64,000 nt of DNA, taken from assembly GCA_022767285.1 (NCBI GenBank), contig JALENY010000033.1, forward strand, positions 40,129-104,128, read 5' to 3'. The notes below the pieces were generated by a model. It had not been told where the DNA came from, made no database searches, and saw only the letters and a list, made by a program, of their open reading frames with translations. Below, in pieces: positions 1-9,898 of this stretch. Numbering within the stretch: the first letter of the stretch is position 1; each line of letters begins with the position of its first letter. Position numbers and translations under genes: made by a program. Origin of the DNA: Lachnospiraceae bacterium (lineage in GTDB: Bacteria > Bacillota > Clostridia > Lachnospirales > Lachnospiraceae).

Positions 1-2
1 CA

Positions 3-1211
3 CTTGCTTCCTGGCTGATGATTACAACACTTCTGAACACAGGTTTTGTTACAACGCTTATGCCGTCTATCGCTGACAGCGCAAACAAAACCCTTGCGTT
101 CGACAAAATTGCGAACCCGTTTATCGCAATTATTGCAGGTATCATCGGTTCCAGCTGCTACAACAGATTTAAGGGTACCAAACTTCCGGATTGGTTGTCC
201 TTCTTCAGCGGAAAACGCTGCGTAGCGATCATTGCCGGTGTTGTTTCCATCGTTGTTTCCGTAATTCTGCTGTTCGTATGGCCGATCGTATTCGGTGCTC
301 TGATTGCAGTAGGTGAAGCTATCGCGGGTATGGGCGCAGTTGGAGCCGGTATCTATGCATTCCTGAACCGTCTGTTGATCCCGACTGGTCTGCATCACGC
401 TCTGAACAACGTATTCTGGTTTGATACCATCGGTCTTGGTGACCTGTCTCATTTCTGGGCAGGCGAGACAAGCGCAGACGTTACATGGTCTCTGGGTATG
501 TACATGTCCGGATTCTTCCCGTGTATGATGTTTGGTATCCCGGGTGCTGCTTTGGCTATGATTCAGACTGCAAAACCGGAAAAGAGAAAACAGGCAATCG
601 GTCTTGTATTATCCGCAGCCATCTGTGCATTTGTCTGCGGTGTAACTGAGCCATTCGAATTCGGTTTCATGTTCCTTGCCCCGGTACTGTACTTAGTATA
701 TGCAATTCTTTACGGAATCTTTACCGTTGTCACCGTAGCACTTGGTTTCCGTGCCGGCTTCTGCTTCTCCGCAGGTGCGACAGACTTACTGTTCTCCGCT
801 TCCCTGCCTGCAGCGGCTAAGACATGGCTGATCATCCCGCTGGGTATTGCAGCATTTATCGTATTCTATGTAGTATTCCGTTTTGCTATCACAAAATTTG
901 ATTTGAAGACTCCGGGTCGTGAAGATGACGACGAAGAAGCTGAGAAAGCGGTTGTTCTGGCAAATAATGACTACACAGAAGTAGCTAAGATCATTCTGGA
1001 AGGTATTGGCGGAAAAGAAAACGTTACTTCCATTGATAACTGCATCACAAGACTTCGTCTGGAAATCAAAGATCAGGCGAGAGTGAATGAAAAGAAAATC
1101 AAATCTGCTGGTATTGCCGGCGTAATCAGACCTGGTAAAAACAGCGTTCAGGTAATCGTTGGAACGAAAGTTCAGTTTGTAGCTGACGAATTCAAGAAAC
1201 TCTGCAAATAA
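3..1211 (+). CDS. PTS glucose/N-acetylglucosamine-family EIIC-EIIB component, 5' end outside window
   Basis: The frame is open to the window edge. The sequence is polytopic and EIIC-like, and ends in the EIIB phospho-Cys motif NCITRLRL. It lies upstream of nagB and nagA. Confidence 0.85.
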   Translation, partial: LASWLMITTLLNTGFVTTLMPSIADSANKTLAFDKIANPFIAIIAGIIGSSCYNRFKGTKLPDWLSFFSGKRCVAIIAGVVSIVVSVILLFVWPIVFGALIAVGEAIAGMGAVGAGIYAFLNRLLIPTGLHHALNNVFWFDTIGLGDLSHFWAGETSADVTWSLGMYMSGFFPCMMFGIPGAALAMIQTAKPEKRKQAIGLVLSAAICAFVCGVTEPFEFGFMFLAPVLYLVYAILYGIFTVVTVALGFRAGFCFSAGATDLLFSASLPAAAKTWLIIPLGIAAFIVFYVVFRFAITKFDLKTPGREDDDEEAEKAVVLANNDYTEVAKIILEGIGGKENVTSIDNCITRLRLEIKDQARVNEKKIKSAGIAGVIRPGKNSVQVIVGTKVQFVADEFKKLCK

Positions 1212-1242
1212 TCGTGGAGTGATTTGATTTAAAAAACTTGCG

Positions 1243-1276
1243 GGGGACGCTGTTTCTATGGCGTCCCCTGATTTTC
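1243..1276 (+). terminator. Intrinsic terminator after the PTS gene
   Basis: GGGGACGC and GCGTCCCC form an 8-bp stem, followed by TGATTTT. Confidence 0.7.
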
Positions 1277-1368
1277 CGTTATGAGAAAAGAACATTATGG
1301 GGCATTTGCTTTTTGAAAAAGATTCACTGCTTTTTGTGCCGCTGCCAGGCGGCGGAATGGAGACTGGA

Positions 1369-2424
1369 ATGAAAAATTGGGTAAAAGGACATAAAAAGAT
1401 TCTTATTCTATGTGGCATTGCGCTGGCGGCGCTGATCGCCCTGCTGGCAGTTTGGCAGCGCCAGGAGTTCAAGAAAAACAGCATTGGAAATACCATGCCC
1501 AATCCTCCCAGAAGTGAAGAGCCTTTTATCGATACTTTTTACCTGGATCAGCTGACAGAGAGAGAAAAAGAAGCGTATGATGCGCTGAAAACGGCACTGG
1601 ATGAGTACAAAGGCGGGGAAGTGATTTTTCCGGAACCTCTTACCGGGCTGGAATTTACCAGAGCATACAATGCGCTGGAATACGGAGCGGATGACTATTT
1701 TTACGGAATGATCGGAATTCCCATGACAGAGGAAGATCAAAATCTGGCTTACAAGAACGATGATATCCAGCTGGTGGAGGATCCGTTGATTCAGAAATGC
1801 CTTCTGTTTTTGTACTGTTCCGAAGGTGTTGACATAAACGGAAGTATAGATGAAGACGGTTACGTGACCAATCTGGAGGAACTGAAGGATCCGCTGGCGG
1901 CCATAAACGAAGAGCGTATGGCCGAAGTTCAGAATATACAGGAAGAAAGAGATGCTGTATTAAATCAGGTGGTGGCTGATATGCCGGCAGAATATGGCGC
2001 AAAAGAAGCCATTGATTATTTTCTTGGCTGGATGGATGAAAATCTGATTTTGCAGCAGCCATCGGAACAATCCCAGGGTATTACCGCTATGTCAGACTTT
2101 TTTACGAACTTGAACTTCAAGAGCCATCTTTCCTGCGCGGCAGTGAAAAATGCTTTTGCATCCGGCTATGGAAGAGTGCTGAGTGACCTGTGCAACCGGG
2201 CGGGTATCCGATCCCATGTGGTTATGGGCGTGTGGTCATCCGGCTTTATGGGTTCTTCTCAGGAATCTTATATGCTGACCTGTGTGGAGATTGAGGGCGA
2301 ACCGATCTATGTGGATGCCTCCGGGTCCCATAAAAAACAGCTTCTGGATCAGCGTTATATCACAGAAGAGGGTGCGATGAACTGGATGGATTTTGTAGAC
2401 TATTTTACCTATGGAGAAGAATAG
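1369..2424 (+). CDS. Membrane-anchored hypothetical protein, possibly a degenerate transglutaminase-like C-terminal domain
   Basis: A GGAG sits 6 nt before the ATG at 1369. The N-terminal TM helix is ILILCGIALAALIALLAVW. The C-terminal LCNRAGI...VVMGVW...YVDAS loosely resembles a transglutaminase core, but no catalytic Cys is evident. The start could instead be 1297 or 1357. Confidence 0.55.
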   Translation: MKNWVKGHKKILILCGIALAALIALLAVWQRQEFKKNSIGNTMPNPPRSEEPFIDTFYLDQLTEREKEAYDALKTALDEYKGGEVIFPEPLTGLEFTRAYNALEYGADDYFYGMIGIPMTEEDQNLAYKNDDIQLVEDPLIQKCLLFLYCSEGVDINGSIDEDGYVTNLEELKDPLAAINEERMAEVQNIQEERDAVLNQVVADMPAEYGAKEAIDYFLGWMDENLILQQPSEQSQGITAMSDFFTNLNFKSHLSCAAVKNAFASGYGRVLSDLCNRAGIRSHVVMGVWSSGFMGSSQESYMLTCVEIEGEPIYVDASGSHKKQLLDQRYITEEGAMNWMDFVDYFTYGEE

Positions 2425-2533
2425 ACAAGTTTATGCAAAAGAAATGTTGAAAAAAGCATTGAATAAAAAAAGCTTGTGGGCTATGATAAAGAAAAACAAG
2501 GTCTTAGCAAGTAACGAAGGGAGATTGAGAAAC

Positions 2534-3271
2534 ATGAAAATTTATTGTGGGGATAATTATGAGGCGATGGGCCGTATCGCAGGAAATATTATTGCAGCGC
2601 AGGTTATCTTAAAACCGGACTGTGTACTGGGTCTGGCTACCGGTTCCACACCGCTCAGCACATACAAAACTCTGGTGGAGAAATATGAAAACGGCGACCT
2701 GGATTTCTCAAAAGTAACCAGTGTGAATCTGGATGAATACAAAGGTCTTTCCGGTGATAATGACCAGAGCTACCGTTATTTTATGAACACAAATCTTTTT
2801 AATCATATTAACATTGACAAGAGCCGGACTTTTGTTCCGAATGGTCTGGAACCGGACAGCGAAAAAGCGTGTAAAGAATATGATGCGGTCGTTGCGAGCG
2901 TAGGTGGTGTAGATATTCAGCTTCTGGGCATCGGCCACAACGGACATATCGCATTCAACGAGCCGGCTCCGTTTTTCTCAAAAGGAACACAGTGTGTAGA
3001 TCTTACACAGAGTACCATTGATGCCAACAAGCGTTTCTTTGAAAAAGAGGAAGACGTTCCGAGGCAGGCTTATACCATGGGCATCGGCACCATTATGAGT
3101 GCAAAGAAAATCCTTCTGATCGCAGCCGGCGAGGAGAAAGCGGATATCATGGCAAAAGCTTTTGCCGGTCCGATCACACCGGAAGTTCCGGCTTCTGTTC
3201 TTCAGCTGCATCCGGATGTAACCGTTGTGGGTGACAAAGCTGCTTTGTCTAAACTGCTTGAATTGGTTTAA
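2534..3271 (+). CDS. nagB: Glucosamine-6-phosphate deaminase
   Basis: MKIYCGDNYEAMG... and GLATGSTP, LLGIGHNGHIAFNEP are typical of NagB. The RBS GAAGGGAG precedes the ATG at 2534. Confidence 0.92.
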   Translation: MKIYCGDNYEAMGRIAGNIIAAQVILKPDCVLGLATGSTPLSTYKTLVEKYENGDLDFSKVTSVNLDEYKGLSGDNDQSYRYFMNTNLFNHINIDKSRTFVPNGLEPDSEKACKEYDAVVASVGGVDIQLLGIGHNGHIAFNEPAPFFSKGTQCVDLTQSTIDANKRFFEKEEDVPRQAYTMGIGTIMSAKKILLIAAGEEKADIMAKAFAGPITPEVPASVLQLHPDVTVVGDKAALSKLLELV

Positions 3272-3316
3272 GCTATGTGTGAAGCCTTACTTTGAAGGCT
3301 TAAGGAGGAAACTTCG

Positions 3317-4429
3317 ATGATTATTAAAAACGGAAAAATCTTTCAGGAAGAAGGCGCTTTTGCAGAGGGCAATCTTTATGTGGAAGGTGATCGTATTGTA
3401 AAAGAGGCAGAAGGTGAAGTGATCGATGCCACAGGGCTCTATGTGATCCCGGGTCTTACGGATGTTCATTTCCATGGCTGTGTGGGTTATGATTTCTGTG
3501 ACGGAACCCCGGAAGCGCTGAACGTTATGGCTGAATATCAGCTGAAAAACGGAGTTACGGCAATCTGTCCCGCATCCATGACTTTTGATGAGGAACGTCT
3601 GGTAAAGATTTTCGCCAATGCCGCTTCCTATAAAAGTGAGACAGGCTCGGATCTGGTGGGAATTAATATGGAAGGACCCTTTATTTCCATGGCGAAAAAG
3701 GGAGCCCAGAACGGTGCCTATATCCACAAACCGGATGCGGAGATGTTCAGACGTCTGCAGAAAGCGGCAAATGGTCTGATCAAGCTGTGTGATATTGCTC
3801 CGGAAGAAGATGAAAATATGGAATGCATTGAAAAAATCAGTGGGGATGTGCGGGTATCCATTGCCCATACCACTGCCGATTATGATACGGCTATGCAGGC
3901 CTTTGAAAAAGGTGCAAGTCATGTGACCCATCTTTACAATGCAATGCCGCCCTATACCCATCGTGCGCCGGGTGTGATCGGAGCTGCCTGCGATACGGAA
4001 AAGGTTATGGTTGAAATGATTATCGACGGCGTACACAGCCATCCGGCAACGGTTCGCACCACATTTAAGATGTTCGGGGATGACCGCATCGTTATGATCA
4101 GTGACAGTATGATGGCCTGCGGTCTGGATGACGGCCAGTATACGCTGGGCGGTCAGGATGTGACGGTTCGCGGAAACCTTGCCACCCTGACGGAAGGCGG
4201 AAATATTGCCGGTTCTGTTACCAACCTGATGAACTGCGTGCGCACTGCCGTTAAGAAGATGAATATTCCGCTTACAAGTGCGGTAAAATGCGCGGCGGTT
4301 AATCCGGCAAAGGCAATCGGTACTTTTGATCAGTACGGAAGTTTGGCTGTGGGAAAGAAAGCGGATATAGTGCTTCTGGATGAGAATCTGGATATTAAGT
4401 ATGTGATCAAAGACGGAAAAATTGTATAA
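3317..4429 (+). CDS. nagA: N-acetylglucosamine-6-phosphate deacetylase
   Basis: Amidohydrolase fold with DVHFHG, NMEGPF and HLYNAM motifs. An AGGAGG RBS is present, and the gene follows nagB. Confidence 0.92.
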   Translation: MIIKNGKIFQEEGAFAEGNLYVEGDRIVKEAEGEVIDATGLYVIPGLTDVHFHGCVGYDFCDGTPEALNVMAEYQLKNGVTAICPASMTFDEERLVKIFANAASYKSETGSDLVGINMEGPFISMAKKGAQNGAYIHKPDAEMFRRLQKAANGLIKLCDIAPEEDENMECIEKISGDVRVSIAHTTADYDTAMQAFEKGASHVTHLYNAMPPYTHRAPGVIGAACDTEKVMVEMIIDGVHSHPATVRTTFKMFGDDRIVMISDSMMACGLDDGQYTLGGQDVTVRGNLATLTEGGNIAGSVTNLMNCVRTAVKKMNIPLTSAVKCAAVNPAKAIGTFDQYGSLAVGKKADIVLLDENLDIKYVIKDGKIV

Positions 4430-4440
4430 GATATTTTCGA

Positions 4441-4487
4441 TGCTGCCGTACCAATGATGAAAATCACAGGTACGGCAGCATTTTTTC
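4441..4487 (+). terminator. Intrinsic terminator after nagA
   Basis: TGCTGCCGTACC and GGTACGGCAGCA form a 12-bp stem, followed by TTTTTT. Confidence 0.8.
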
Positions 4488-4553
4488 GCGAAAAACGCAA
4501 AACGGACTGCTCTGTATTTTATATAAATGCCTCTGGCATTATTTCTATAAAAA

Positions 4554-5183
4554 TCAACACGGTCCGCAGGGATTTACACCGCAGCAGTTACAGAACAGAT
4601 TGAGACACAGCATATCCATACACCAGTCGCGGTTTCCGTCAAAGGGTGTGCCGCCGTATTGCTGTCCACGCTGCTGATACCACTGTCCGCCAAATTGAAG
4701 ACGCTGCAGCAATGCACGGTATTCCTGATTGGACGGATCCATATCCACAGCTTTTTTGGCCAAATCCATTGCATTTACGTTGTTGCCCATCCCCATGTTG
4801 GCAACCGCGCTCAAATAGTACCAGTTTGCCGGACGGCTGCTCATACGGTTCAGAAGGTTCAGTGCTTCCTGGAAGTGACGGCTGTTAATAAAATTGTAAA
4901 CAGCCTGCATCTGAACAGCTTCTTCATTCGAATAGCCCTGATAAGACTGCTGACGCCGGTCATTGTAAAAAGATCCATAGGAGTCCTTTTGTTCCCGCAT
5001 GCGCATAATCTGGGTGTATGCGGCCTGTACTTCTTTAAATTTTGCTTCAGCCTGATCTTTTTTGGGGTTATTGATATTCGCGTCCGGATGATATTTGCGG
5101 CTTAACTTGCGGTAAGCTTTTTTTACCTCTTCATCGGATGCGGAAGGGTCTATGCCTAATATTTCATAAGGATTAGAAGTCAT
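4554..5183 (-). CDS. J-domain protein with TPR-like middle region and Cys-rich C-terminal tail
   Basis: NPYEILGI...[11 protein letters not shown] is a J domain with the HPD motif. The C-terminus [23 protein letters not shown] has 7 Cys in 22 residues. Its start overlaps the end of the upstream gene by 11 nt. Confidence 0.85.
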   Translation of the reverse strand: MTSNPYEILGIDPSASDEEVKKAYRKLSRKYHPDANINNPKKDQAEAKFKEVQAAYTQIMRMREQKDSYGSFYNDRRQQSYQGYSNEEAVQMQAVYNFINSRHFQEALNLLNRMSSRPANWYYLSAVANMGMGNNVNAMDLAKKAVDMDPSNQEYRALLQRLQFGGQWYQQRGQQYGGTPFDGNRDWCMDMLCLNLFCNCCGVNPCGPC

Positions 5184-6021
5184 CGGATTTTATGCCTTTC
5201 TGCTCTTTCTTTTTCTTTATCAATGCGTATTTTGACCAGACACCGGAATACAAAATATTCCGTAGAATATCAGTATACTGCAAAATAGGCAATAATTCAA
5301 AGTTTTTTGAACATTCTGCCATCATCATAATCAGCGTGTTTTCAATGTAGGCCTCGAAGTCTTTTTTATTGGAAAGCGGAAGCAGGATGTTGAAGTTATT
5401 CTTTTTTCGGTCGATGTCCAGATCGTCGAAAGCATCCATGAGATAAATGAATTTTCCCAGATAGAATCCGACCCGATATAATATATCATGCCATATATCG
5501 TCTTCCTTTGCAATGAGGGTTCCGAGTAATTCACCGGTATAGCCGCTGACGCGATCCAGATCATAATCTTTTTTGGCTTCACTCTCCGCAGTTTGTTTCA
5601 TATATTCTTCAATGGCTTTTTTCTGTTGGGGATAAAGACGGGCAACCTTTTTATATTGCTTTTTTAATATACTTGCCAAAGCCAGACGATTGACTTTTTT
5701 TTCATCCTGCCAGTCATCTTTCAGATTGTGATATGCCATAAGGATGGTCATATCGGCTGCGTAATCACTCCACTTGTTCTGACGGGTAGTATGATTTTTG
5801 GCCGGGTGGACGATGCAGTGCGCAGTGCCGGCCTGGAAAGAATCTTCATACAGTGCCGACAGCAGAAGAACAACAAAGGTCATATCGTAAGACAAGGTTA
5901 AGGGCGCGACGATTCCGTGCCGCTTTTTCAGCGTCCGGCACAGCCCGCAGTAGCAGGACTGATAAAAATTGAAATCTTTTATTTTTAATTCTTCTTTGTT
6001 AACTGTAACGTATCCGAACAT
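5173..6021 (-). CDS. Conserved hypothetical protein (resembles what I recall as the DUF5685 family)
   Basis: [13 protein letters not shown]...[17 protein letters not shown] is an N-terminal Cys cluster. GAGG lies 6 nt before the ATG at 6021. The gene sits between the Zn-ribbon gene and the J-domain gene. Confidence 0.7.
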   Translation of the reverse strand: MFGYVTVNKEELKIKDFNFYQSCYCGLCRTLKKRHGIVAPLTLSYDMTFVVLLLSALYEDSFQAGTAHCIVHPAKNHTTRQNKWSDYAADMTILMAYHNLKDDWQDEKKVNRLALASILKKQYKKVARLYPQQKKAIEEYMKQTAESEAKKDYDLDRVSGYTGELLGTLIAKEDDIWHDILYRVGFYLGKFIYLMDAFDDLDIDRKKNNFNILLPLSNKKDFEAYIENTLIMMMAECSKNFELLPILQYTDILRNILYSGVWSKYALIKKKKEQKGIKSDDF

Positions 6022-6029
6022 AAAAAACC

Positions 6030-6425
6030 TCAACTCTTTTTAATAAAATCGGTGTGGCATTTGGGGCAGTGGATCTTGATCTTTCCTTTCCCTCTGGGTA
6101 CGCGTACTTTCTGGCGGCAGTTGGGACATTTAAAAAAACGGTAATTTTTCAGCTGGCTTGCGTGATCCCTTTCCCTGTGAAATACTCCAAGAAATCTGTT
6201 TTTCAGTTCCAGATATTTTTCGTTTTCCGCATAGCGTTTGTATGTGTTCCGGGAAAACATGCGGAAATAGCAGTAAACCAAAGCAGCCAGTGCCAGGGTA
6301 TAGAATATGTTGCGGCGGCTGAACAGGGAAAGAATCATCAGGATCAGAGAAACAAGCAGTAAAAAGCGGTTGAAATTATCGTTGCCGTATCGACCGGCCA
6401 TAAATTGTTGAAATCTTTCTTTCAA
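6030..6425 (-). CDS. Small membrane protein with C-terminal zinc ribbon
   Basis: There are two hydrophobic helices, then CPNC...17 aa...CPKC. The SD GGAAGAGGTG lies 8 nt before the in-frame TTG at 6425. The ATG at 6401 is an alternative start. Confidence 0.65.
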   Translation of the reverse strand: MKERFQQFMAGRYGNDNFNRFLLLVSLILMILSLFSRRNIFYTLALAALVYCYFRMFSRNTYKRYAENEKYLELKNRFLGVFHRERDHASQLKNYRFFKCPNCRQKVRVPRGKGKIKIHCPKCHTDFIKKS

Positions 6426-6787
6426 AAATAGTACACCTCTTCCTTTCGCGTCGGTGCACAGAGTATAACGAATCCCGGGCATGCGATTTCGCTTATTTTC
6501 GCGCTGTATTCTGTACAAAGACGCTATTGTTGATATATAGAATAGCACAATGAATATGGAATTGTTAGTGCTTTTATAAAAAGTTAAGAAACTATCTGAA
6601 GAGTTTAGAGATTATTGACGGTTGATTTTATATTTTTTTCAGAAAAAGGTCATAAGATAGACAAAGCTATTTGATATAATTAATAATTATACCCTGCATA
6701 TAAAGCTGCTTACTGTTTGACCATGGAACAGAGGATACTTGATTTAAGTATAGCTGTAATAAATTGCAGGAGAAAAAGGAGATTTGA

Positions 6788-7399
6788 ATGAATACAGATG
6801 TTGAGGAAATGCTTAGTGATATACGCACTTACAATGAATTTATTCAGCCATATGAAACTGCTCTGTCGGTAATTCTGGTTCAACTGGAGGGAATTCAAAA
6901 AGATCTGGAGCGCAGTCTGGGCCACAAGGCGATCCACAGTTTTCGTCATCGGATCAAGAAACCAGCCAGCATATTGGAGAAGATGGAGAGGAAAAATCTG
7001 GAGCCCAGTTTTGAGATGGCAAAGGAATGCCTGACGGATATTGCAGGAATCCGGATTATGTGTTATTACATAAAAGATGTATATAAGATTGCTGAAATAC
7101 TGAAGAAACAGCTGGATGTTATTATGGTAAAGCAATCGGATTATATTGAAAATCCAAAACCGAATGGATATCGAAGCCTTCATCTGATTCTCGGAGTGCC
7201 GGTTTACGGGGTGAACACGAAAGAATTTTATCCGGTGGAACTACAGATCCGTACTCTGGCCATGGACTTTTGGGCCAGTATGGAACATCAGCTCTGTTAT
7301 AAATCGGATCGGGATAACAAGGAACAGATGGCCGTTCAGCTTAAAGAATATTCTCAGCGGCTGAATGATATGGAGAGAGAGTTGGAATTGTTTTATTAA
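6788..7399 (+). CDS. Small alarmone synthetase (RelA/SpoT-domain GTP pyrophosphokinase, RelQ/RelP-like)
   Basis: DIAGIRIMCYY, YRSLHLIL and ELQIRTLAMDFWASMEH are synthetase-domain motifs. The protein is 203 aa with no hydrolase or regulatory domains. Confidence 0.88.
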   Translation: MNTDVEEMLSDIRTYNEFIQPYETALSVILVQLEGIQKDLERSLGHKAIHSFRHRIKKPASILEKMERKNLEPSFEMAKECLTDIAGIRIMCYYIKDVYKIAEILKKQLDVIMVKQSDYIENPKPNGYRSLHLILGVPVYGVNTKEFYPVELQIRTLAMDFWASMEHQLCYKSDRDNKEQMAVQLKEYSQRLNDMERELELFY

Positions 7400-7505
7400 A
7401 TGATAATGTTCATTTACAGAACAGAGATGTTCTCATATACATGCGCTGCCGTAAAGAAGAAACTGCGGGCATTATGATCAAGGGAAAGATGAGGAAAAGA
7501 AGGAC

Positions 7506-8372
7506 GTGTTTGGAGAATGTCATGCACATATTTTTATGAATGGTTATGATTACCGGAAAGCGGTTCGGGATCATAAAGAGGTGCCCAATGAGACTCTGAT
7601 ACGGGAGCATTTGCAGGCATATGCGGACCGGGGAATTACGTTTGTCCGGGACGGAGGGGACAATCTTGGCGTTTCCGCGCTGGCGAAAAAGCTGGCATCG
7701 GAATATAATATCGACTATCGTACACCGATTTTTGCTATTCATAAAAAGGGTCATTATGGAGGTATTGTCGGAAAAGGATTTGATACGATGAAAGAATATG
7801 CCGAACTGGTCTGTCAGGCGAAGGTACAGGGGGCTGATTTTATTAAAATTATGACTACCGGGATTATGGATTTTGATACGGACGGACATATTACCGGAGA
7901 GGCATTGACCGGCAGTGAAGTGCGGGAGATGGTTCATATCGCCCATGAAGAAGGCATGGCAGTCATGGCTCATACCAATGGAGCCGGCCCGGTTTTGGAC
8001 GCTGTGGAGGCCGGGGTGGATTCTGTTGAACATGGCAACTATATGGGACGGGATACGATACAGGCTTTGGCAGATTCCGATACGGTCTGGGTACCCACGG
8101 CTGTGACCATTGCAAATCTTGTGGGCAGCGAGCGCTTTGATGACGGAGTGATTGCTCAAATACAGGAAAAAGCCAGGGAGCGGATCGCTTTTGCTTTTGA
8201 AGCCGGCGCCAAGGTGGGTCTGGGTAGTGATGCGGGAGCTTATCGGGTTCTGCATGGAAAAGGAATCGAAGATGAGTATCGACTGTTCCTGGAGACGGTG
8301 GGTGATCCAGAGAGAGTGGATGATGTACTGAAGGTCAGTGAGGCGCTGATCCGGCAAAAATTTTGTGTTTAA
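7506..8372 (+). CDS. Metal-dependent amidohydrolase family protein
   Basis: N-terminal CHAHIF (HxH), later HTNG and VEHG, and GSDAG near the C-terminus. The start is GTG, so the start position is uncertain. Confidence 0.7.
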   Translation: MFGECHAHIFMNGYDYRKAVRDHKEVPNETLIREHLQAYADRGITFVRDGGDNLGVSALAKKLASEYNIDYRTPIFAIHKKGHYGGIVGKGFDTMKEYAELVCQAKVQGADFIKIMTTGIMDFDTDGHITGEALTGSEVREMVHIAHEEGMAVMAHTNGAGPVLDAVEAGVDSVEHGNYMGRDTIQALADSDTVWVPTAVTIANLVGSERFDDGVIAQIQEKARERIAFAFEAGAKVGLGSDAGAYRVLHGKGIEDEYRLFLETVGDPERVDDVLKVSEALIRQKFCV

Positions 8373-8575
8373 AGAGAAATTATACATCAAGACTTTTCTG
8401 CAATAGAAAAATATGAGATAATATTATGTAGTAAAGAAACGATTGCTGCTATTTATACCATCAGGAAAAGCGGTGAAAGTAGTGAGGAATATGAAAAGAA
8501 TAATCTTTTGAGTACATATCTTTTCAGGTAAAAGAAATCGCCTTCTAGCGGGCAGGCAAATCAGGAGGAATCATT

Positions 8576-9229
8576 ATGGAACGGCATGCATTTGCAATGG
8601 AAGTAAAAAGCGGACAGATGAATACGTACCGCAAAAAACTGGGTGAGATATGGCCGGATCTGACGGCATATCTGGATCGGAACGGAATTCAGAATTTCAG
8701 CATCTGGAATACGGACAGCCTGATTTTCGGTTATTATGAAAATGAGGATGGTGCGGTTATTTCGGATGAGGAAACGGCTGTAAAGGCAGAATTTGTGAAG
8801 AAAATGGAGGATACTTTTACCTGGATTTCCACACCGGGTGATGACATGAGGCTGATGTATCACAATTTCGGTGTCGTCCGAAAGAGCAAAGAACTGATTC
8901 GTCATAGGATGTTTATGACGAAGCTGAAACCGGGTTGTGACGAGGAATATAAACGCAGACATGATGTTCTTGTAGAAGCACGGGGGGATGCGGTGGATCC
9001 GGGTCCTGACAGCAACTTCAGTATCTGGAGTGCAGGTGGATACATTTTCGGATACAATGAGATTGATACTACCATGGAACTGGATGAAACGGAAGCCGAC
9101 CGTGAAGCAACCATTGCCTGGGAAACACGCCAGTTGGAAATCATGGATTGGATTACCAATGATGTGGACTGGATGACCGGGGAACATCATTCCGCAAGCA
9201 GACGGCTTGCATGGCATGAAGGAAAATAG
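8576..9229 (+). CDS. Tandem-duplicated L-rhamnose mutarotase (RhaM/DUF718)-like protein
   Basis: Two RhaM-like halves are present: HAFAMEVKSGQMNTYRKK..IWPDL..NFSIW and HRMFMTKLKPGCDEEYKRRHD..NFSIW. An AGGAGG RBS is present. Confidence 0.7.
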   Translation: MERHAFAMEVKSGQMNTYRKKLGEIWPDLTAYLDRNGIQNFSIWNTDSLIFGYYENEDGAVISDEETAVKAEFVKKMEDTFTWISTPGDDMRLMYHNFGVVRKSKELIRHRMFMTKLKPGCDEEYKRRHDVLVEARGDAVDPGPDSNFSIWSAGGYIFGYNEIDTTMELDETEADREATIAWETRQLEIMDWITNDVDWMTGEHHSASRRLAWHEGK

Positions 9230-9256
9230 GGAGAACAAAGAAATTTAAATAAAAAC

Positions 9257-9320
9257 ATCCCCGGAAAGAGGAACCGTGCGGTAAGCGCGCAAGAAGTCCT
9301 TTTTTCCGGGGATATTTTTC
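9257..9320. terminator. Bidirectional terminator between convergent genes
   Basis: ATCCCCGGAAA and TTTCCGGGGAT form the stem. An A-run lies upstream and a T-run downstream. Confidence 0.65.
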
Positions 9321-9335
9321 ATGATCACATGTTTA

Positions 9336-9881
9336 TTATTTACTTTCGCTGTCCCATACTTCTGCGGTTCCGGCGATGAAATCGTGCAGCATACGTTTTT
9401 CCGGTGTATATACACCGATGGTGATAGAGATGACGGTTATTATAACCATGACGATCTGTATCACCGACACAACACGGTCTCCGGTTATACGCGCCAGAAG
9501 CTCGCGCAGCAGCTGGCTGGGAAATGCGATGGCACCTTCAATGAGCAGCACACCGACCCCCTGGCGCAGAAAGAGTGCACCAACAGAAGGAGTCTCTTTG
9601 GTATTTCTGGAAATGATGCGCAGATGCATCAGTTTTTTACCGGGTGTAACTCCGTGAAAAAGAACCGGTAATAGCCAATAGTAAAGGAGGCCGAGCAGTA
9701 TGGCAAAACTGCCCCACAGCCATCCTTCCGCCCCTGGCGGAATGGAAGTGTCAATGGATGTGGATCCGGATTTCATGGAGTTAAACAGCATAAGTGGTGT
9801 GCCGCATACGATGGTTGCCAGATACCAGTCAATAATATATGCAATTAATCTGCGTATGGGTGCTGCGGGTGATGCTTTCAT
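9336..9881 (-). CDS. RDD-family membrane protein
   Basis: N-terminal RRLIAYIIDWYL, three TM segments and a C-terminal HDFIAGT. Confidence 0.75.
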   Translation of the reverse strand: MKASPAAPIRRLIAYIIDWYLATIVCGTPLMLFNSMKSGSTSIDTSIPPGAEGWLWGSFAILLGLLYYWLLPVLFHGVTPGKKLMHLRIISRNTKETPSVGALFLRQGVGVLLIEGAIAFPSQLLRELLARITGDRVVSVIQIVMVIITVISITIGVYTPEKRMLHDFIAGTAEVWDSESK

Positions 9882-9898
9882 AAATAATTCCTTTTCTT

